Positions 53,190-60,028 of a DNA stretch of 60,028 nt are shown here, one piece after another (positions within the stretch are counted from its first letter, which is position 1; the number at the start of each line of letters is the position of its first letter). The translations under genes were made by a program, and so were the position numbers. Origin of the DNA: Octopus bimaculoides (taxonomy: Eukaryota); the NCBI RefSeq assembly GCF_001194135.2, contig NC_068995.1, positions 18,165,365 through 18,225,392 on the forward strand. The letters are read 5' to 3'. Under the pieces are notes generated by a model. That model was not told where the DNA came from. It saw only the letters and a program-made list of their open reading frames with translations, and made no database searches.

Positions 53190-54630
53190 GAAGAGAGAAG
53201 ATTAATTCTTGTTCAGGGAGGTGGAAGTCCGGATGGCCCCTCTGAACAGACAGTCAAGACACAGATGTTGTAGCGAATGACCAGAAGAGCGGAAATGGCG
53301 CGAGACTGGCGTGTCATTGCAGAGTCTGATGTCTCGGAGGTGCTCCGCGAACGGGTCAGCCAAGAAGCGTCCCGTTTGATCAATGTACAGGGAAGGAAAA
53401 AGAGAGCAGAAGATTAAGTAAATAACGTTACTAGAAGTGCAGGTAAAGAAGTCGGTGATGTGATAGGGACGATGATGAGTGCCAGTGAGGATGGTGGTGT
53501 TGTAGTGGTAGGGGTGGGTGCAGGCGGGGGCAGGAGCAGGAACCAGGCTGGGAGGTGGGGTTATATCAGAAACTGTGGACCAGGAGGCTACACAGGTTAT
53601 GGGCTGTTTTGAAGGGTGGAAGGGATAGGTTGGGGAAGATGTGCAATGTGGAAGGGTCGGACCTGAGTCGCCGGAAAGCTCGAAGAATGGTGCTTTCAAG
53701 GGGTAGGGTGGAGTGGATGTAGGCGAGGGGAGACGGGAAACGGCGGGGTGAGTGCGAGAACAAAGAGCATAGGCCTGATTCACAGATCGTGCCCTGGATA
53801 GTGGTGAGGGGATATTCACGTAGGATGAAGCGATGAGTTGAGACCGAGTCTGAAAATCATGGTTGTCACTGCGGAGCCTGCGGAGCCTGCGGAGCCTGCG
53901 GAGCCTGTGGAGCCTGCGTAGACGGAGCAATTGGGTGTAGGGGATGGAGAGTTGAATGTGGGTAGGGTGGTAAGACGAGAAGTTAAGCTAGGAATGTAAG
54001 TCAATGTTTTTGTAGTGGATTGGAAGTAGTGAGAGCGGAGTGGTGTATGCTGAGAAAATGTCGACAAATTCGACGGAAGTGTTAGAGACAGTGCAGGAGA
54101 ATTCAAGGGCAGGATGGAAGGATTGGGCAAAACAGAGGAAGGAGTCTATTTGCTCGCAGGAGAATGAGGTGGCGCCGATACAGTCAGCGTTATAATGACC
54201 GTATATTGAGTGGAACCAGTGAATTGTGTGAATATTTGGGCCTTAACGTAGCCAACGAGCCGGCTCGCATAATTGATGCCCATTCGCGTTCCTAGGGCCA
54301 ATTCCGAGATCTGTTGGTAACTCCCCCCACCCGCGAACGAGAAGCAGTTGATGGAGAGAACAAGTTCGGCGAGACGAAGCAGTGTGGAATGTCAGGTTAA
54401 GGGTCAGATAAAAGGTCTAGAATGTGCTTGAGCGCAAGCAGTCCTCCGTTGTTTGAGATCACCGTATATAAACTCTTGATATCAAGAGTGAACAAAATTT
54501 TAGAGTGGTCAGAAGGGAAGTAGGAAGAGTTAATGAGACGGAAGGCATGGTTAGTGTCGTAGATGTGGAAGAGGAGGGGAGCCACTAGGGTGCAAGGAAA
54601 TGGTCAAGATATTCAGAGATCATTTCCGTG
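53190..54630 (-). mobile_element. Penelope-like element, RT plus GIY-YIG, frameshifted
   Basis: ISEYLDHFLAP, LFTLDIKSLYTVI, ALGTRMGINYA, LRLRRL.SD, CTSSNVIYLIFCSLFPSLYIDQTGR..FAEHLRDI...VSRHF. The CA-rich 3' region probably extends to about 52740. Confidence 0.92.
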
Positions 54631-54904
54631 AAGCAGTTGCAGGCGGAGATGATATATATGTGTCTATGAGCATATGTGTACATGTGGTTGTGTCGACGTG
54701 TACATGCATGAACATGCGATCGTGTATGTGTGTATGTGTGTATGTGTGCATGTGTTTTGTTTGTGAATTTCTGCGTGCAAAAATACGTAAAGCGGTCTTA
54801 AATAGATAAAACACTCGCTCTGCATCTTCGTTTGACGCATACTATGTGTCAATTCATATTGTTAGCCCCAAACGAAATCTGTACATAGCAGTAAGTCACC
54901 TTAC

Positions 54905-54990
54905 TTCAACATGTTTTTGGAAGTCAGATAAGAAGCAAAAGCCTTTGAATGCGTTGACGTATTTATCACGTATACATTTTATTTTAACTC
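54905..54990 (-). other. Candidate 86-nt spliced exon
   Basis: Acceptor CTAAATTACAG, donor GAA|GTAAGG; open frame VKIKCIRDKYVNAFKGFCFLSDFQKHVE, with loose RNP1-like KGFCFL. Confidence 0.2.
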
Positions 54991-55492
54991 CTGTAATTTA
55001 GATAAGGTATAATTTCTTTCTATTGAGATATCTACTGAGAAATATATTTCTAAGCTGCAGAAATGCGCTCGCGTGTGTGAACATATATGAGAAAGCCTGG
55101 CTAATATTAGAAATATTTCAATGTAAACAAATACATGAGCTCTAAGTCACTTATATGAAGAAAAATGGGTAACCCGAAGCATTTTTCTGTCCGTCTCCTC
55201 AGAGAATAGGAACTCATTTTCTTTCGCTAGCAGAGAATATCATGCACCAATAGAAAGTAGGTTTACATTAGGCTGCCAGTGGTGGATAGTTTAATTCATA
55301 TATCTGTGCTTTTGAGAGCCCATCAATAATTTAATTATCTATTTATTATTCGAAATCAGGTGGATCAGAAATGACTTAGATATAAACATAAATGCACACA
55401 TCCATAAGTGTGTTTGCTTGCACATAAATATATGAATGTGCGTGTTTATGTATATGCATGTATATAAACATGTAATATATGTTTCTAAGTAC

Positions 55493-55525
<33 letters not shown>

Positions 55526-56589
55526 CTTTTTTGTCTGGGTGTCTGTCTTTTCGTCTGACTGCCTGTCAGTCTCCTGTCAGTGGTATGTAATTATGTGCAA
55601 ACATATATATATTCATACCTATAGAAACAATCCTTATCGAAATAGCATTAAGTTTATTCTGAAAATATTATATATGTGTCTTTATGGAGTTGTGAATATA
55701 TGTGGTTCGCTGTGTAAGATACTCAGATACATTTATGACTGCATCTGTTGTTGGACTCGACATAGCACATGGAACATATCCAAGCAGAGTTCACTGCACC
55801 TTAAAATTGGGGACTTGTATAATAAGCAGTTATATAGTTAAATGTATATTTTCTACTAATTCATATTAATATATGCGTATTCTCACATTATTCTATGCAT
55901 CTACACGTTAACCTTTTCTTTTGTGATTATCCCCAATCATTTACTGATATTTACCTGGTACAATGCTAGAATTTTAATGCAGTGAAGAAAGCATGAATGT
56001 ATTTACATAAATTTATGCATATATGTAAATATTAGATAATATATACATTTATTTATGACATACTGTTTTTTTAAGCACATACTCTAGATTCATTCCACTT
56101 CATTAGTATTTTTTTTCCAGTCTAATCCATATAACGACAAAGAGTCTATAACATTTTGTTCATAACACTGTATTACTGGTATTAAAATTTATCCGAAATA
56201 TTTGAACAAATACGTGGTCAGTGGCTCGAAGTTTTCACCAAAATGGTCTATCGGTCTGCCTGAGCTTATAATATATCAACAAATCCACACCCTTATTCTA
56301 AAAGAAGCAAGTGATTCAGACATTAGAACATTGACTGTAGACAGTGGGTCGGCAGTAATATTTTTATATATTTTCTTTTAGGAATTTAAGTTAGTGTTCT
56401 AATATTTATGCGGTACCGCATCGTTAACTTTTCATATACAATATGCAACTGGTTTCATAGATTACTTTACATTTTAGAGATAAAATTCTAAGTTTACAAA
56501 AAAAAAAAAAAATAATAATAATAATAAATCTACTTAAACGATTTTTTTTGTAAACTTGTGTGAAATAATTTATCGAGCTTTCTTTACAG

Positions 56590-56920
56590 GCAGACAGACA
56601 GACAGACAGACACACACACACACACTCACGCACACACAACACTGTACACAGGCATATACACACTCTTATATACCTACACATATCTATATGCATAGTTAAA
56701 CGCATGCACGGGCACACACACATCTCGTTCTCCCTCTCTATTTCCCTTCCTGCCTACCTACCTCTCTTTCTCTTCTCACTCTCTATCTCTCTTTCTTTCA
56801 CTCTCTCTCTCTCTTTCACATTATTTCTTTCTCCTCCTTCCTATCTTTATCTTCCTCTCTCTTTCTATCTATCTTACTCTGTGTGTCTGTCTCTTACCCC
56901 CTCTTTCTCTCTCTCTCTGT
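56590..56920. repeat. (CAGA)n-(CA)n and CT-rich low-complexity tract
   Basis: Directly visible. Confidence 0.9.
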
Positions 56921-57738
56921 TAATGCCTTGCACGCTACAGTTTATTTGCTATGATATTCTAAACATCGTTGTCATGTCATGCTATGCCCACCTAATTGAA
57001 ATCTGAACGTTATATTAAAATGGAAATGCACTGCCTTGAATGTCATATCCACTTAATTAAGCCGTAGTGTAATGAATTATAACTGTGAATATTAAATAAT
57101 GATTTCATTTAAAATTTTTGTTTTGAGTCTGGAGTAAAAGCAAAGAGAACAAACTATTAAACCAAAACAAGAAAAAAAAAAAAAAGCTGACACGGAAATA
57201 AATCGATATAATTTTAACTTGATTGATTATCATAGGCAGTCGAAGATAATTGAAAGCAATTGCTTGAATTGGATGTCAAATGACACAAATTTATCAACTT
57301 TCTCGTATTTAATGATAGTCATGATGCTACGAATTTTGTGAGATCCGTTTAGTCTAAAATTCAGTGGGCCGTTAAAACAGTCTTCTTTTTTTTCATTTTC
57401 AGTAAGCATGCTGTTAAACTGCGATAGTAACACGAAGAGGATTCAGCGATCAAGATAAATGACACTAGAGCAAACCATTTCTTTTTCATTCTATGCTTGT
57501 CCTAAATCTTATATTATTTTCATTGTTGTTGATATTATTGCCGTAATAGTTATCGTTTGGGTGTCTGTAGATAGTAATGTCATTAATGTTCCATTATTGA
57601 TGATATGATATTTGTTGTTGATTTTAGATTTTATTGTTGATTATATTTTAAAATTCCATTGACCTTCTTATTGTACTTTGTTAGAGGTGACTCTAATACA
57701 TTAAAATATTCTAAATTTGTTTATCTAGAGTATAGTAT

Positions 57739-58035
57739 GTTAGATTGTTTCTTCTACATGAGCAAAAAAGAATGAAATTAAATGCAAACATAGGTGCGGG
57801 GTTAAAAACTTCGCTTTCGATCGCACATGGTTCCACGGATTGTGTTAAATTATTTTTTCTGCATTGAATAAATAGGATAATATACGCGAAATTAGGCGTG
57901 GGTCTAAGAATTTCGTTCTGAAACAAATGCGGTTCTTGGTTCAAACCTACCGATGGATACAATGGGCAAGTCCCTCTAATGTAATATCGGTTTGACCAAC
58001 AATTTTTGTAGTTTGGTATAGCGAAACAGACACTC
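57739..58035 (+). mobile_element. Two decayed family B SINE heads in an old, about 105-bp tandem duplication
   Basis: GTTAGATTGTTTCTTCTACAT...AGGTGCGGGGTTAAAAA versus GTTAAATTATTTTTTCTGCAT...AGGCGTGGGTCTAAGAA. Confidence 0.55.
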
Positions 58036-59689
58036 GCGTGTGTATTTGTTTGTCTCTGATCAGAAGAGTGGCTCTATTGATTGGTAAATATTTTACTGAG
58101 TTCCATCTCGTAATGGAAAAACTGATTCTGCAATTAAGTGCATAGTGATCGATACAAAATTTGTGAGCCCAGTGTCTGAACGCTCCGTTTTTGTCCTCTT
58201 CCGTTTACGGATTTAATGCAAAGACTGAGATTTACCGAAAACACCCAAATACATTATTTATCAACCACACAGGGGTAAAATTAAAAATGAAAATCAGTAC
58301 CTCGGCGTGATTTGCACACATAAGACGCTTGAGAGGTGGAACATCCACGGTGAGGTATTCTATCCAATTCCTTATTTTCCGTCCACCGATTAAAACCGAA
58401 AACAAACTGTATGAGAGAATGTTGGTTTAGAAACAGCAGTAAACGGGTTCTTGTTAAGCGTGTGAAATATATTGGACGTTATTAGATCGTGTTAGTGCAC
58501 TGAATATCAATAATATAGTTGTGAAACTGATATAAATACCATTTGAAAAACTCAAATTTATTATTACTAACGTGTGTATTTAGTCTCAACACACCTTCGT
58601 TTTTCGTTTAAATCCATGGTATAATATCCATTTGTAATGAAAGGAAAATATTTCTAGTACATCCAGTATTTAAATATTTCACTGTTATTGTGATACGTAA
58701 ATTGCTATGTTCTACATATATTATCATTCATTGAGTAAATTAATTCACACTTATGGATCAAGTGACTTGTATGGGCTTCCGATTTTTCTTTAAAAAAATT
58801 CCTTGTCATTTAACTTCATTTAAACCGTAATTAAACGAACAAGTTTTAAATTCAATCTAGAAATATGTTTCTCAGTAATATTTCCCTTTTTAACGATTGT
58901 TGAAAGCAGTTTGATTGGGTTACTACCGTGCAGAAGATATGTCACCGAGAACATAACTATATAGATTTATCTTTTGTTAGACGTGGGATTGAATATTAAT
59001 GAATTCTGTCGATTACATATATAAACGTTGTCACTTACTCAAACATGGAAAAAAATATCAGTTTCAAATTTTGGCACAAACCTAGCAAGTTCGGAGGCGG
59101 AATATTTCGACCCCAGTACAACCGGTGCTTATTTTACTGAGATGTGTTTATTTTATTATAGTCGTGTACTAATGAATTTTTATGCGTTGAAATAGAACCC
59201 CAATTTCGGGTGATTAATATTTTGTCATATATTGTAATTACGCCCATATCGACTTTGCTTTTCATCGTACTTATAAAATAAGCACTTCCCCCGAAATTTC
59301 TGGCCTTTTGCGAACATTTGAAACCAGTTAATTTCTCGGTGTAACACAGTCAGATCGTTTTGAGTGGGGTGTCTTTCAGAGTTCATACCGTTGCAAAGAT
59401 TCGAGAGAGGTATCTCCCAAGAATATCTGAGATTTTAATAAAACAAATAGATGTTGGTACTGCTATTGCAGTGTATATAAACCCAGAAAAAATTTATTCA
59501 CTTAAGATTCAAGGTCATTGTGACATTAAAACACTGAATCTATATAGTATATATATAGTATATTAAAACACTTAAACTATGTATAAAACATATGTACATA
59601 TATACAAGTATACATACATGCATACACAGATAGATAGACAAGCATATGTCTGTGAGTATATATATATATATATGGGAGAAAATACGAAA

Positions 59690-60028
59690 AAACAACAACA
59701 GACGAGGACAGGTGGTGTAAATAACAAAAGGATGTATTAGTATGACGCTCGGGAATACGGAAAGTCTTTGACGTTTCGAGCTACGCTCTTCAACAGAAAG
59801 AATACGGAGAAAACAAGGAGAAAAACACGGAGAAAAAAATTGAATAGTGTTCAGTCAACGGTCAATCATAATAATGGCTGATCATAACAATGACTGACCG
59901 GAAGTTAGAAATTCTTTTTTCAGGAGAGCTAAGAAAAGGGAGAGATAACAAACGGTGATCGAAGAACGAGGGGCTGTGTGTGGGAGATAGAATGCTGGTG
60001 ATCTTGACGTATGTAGTGTGAAAATGGG
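59690..60028 (-). mobile_element. Penelope-like terminal (pLTR) region, runs off the window end
   Basis: Contains an HHR motif; purine-rich plus strand as at the 53-54 kb element. Confidence 0.6.
59765..59801 (-). ncRNA. Minimal type I hammerhead ribozyme motif (A6>U core variant)
   Basis: rc TCTTT-CTGTTGA-A-GAGC-gta-GCTC-GAAA-CGTC-AAAGA. All stems pair; palindromic ACGT stem III; GUC triplet. Confidence 0.75.

Overview
AT-rich eukaryotic DNA with very dense microsatellites and nine N-gaps (9259-9787, 16612-16893, 19892-20001, 24137-24418, 29568-29623, 32081-32655, 34364-34373, 48334-48430, 49737-49746). The SINE, Penelope and L1/Tx1 repertoire looks like a coleoid cephalopod, probably Octopus; this is inferred from repeat motifs, not from a search. 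No intact protein-coding gene is identifiable. The window holds decayed mobile elements (L1/Tx1, RTE, several Penelope-like elements, two tRNA-derived SINE families, a hAT MITE with an 8-bp TSD, a mariner end, LTR-like pieces), a full-length U2 snRNA copy (49042-49228, minus) and a probable membrane-transporter pseudogene (about 30.5-31.3 kb, minus). The most interesting signals are a set of minimal hammerhead-ribozyme (HHR) motifs, including a 500-bp palindrome of two head-to-head units joining a tRNA-like head to an HHR, and SINEs stacked at a re-used target site. All protein and family assignments come from manual translation and motif recall and need database confirmation.
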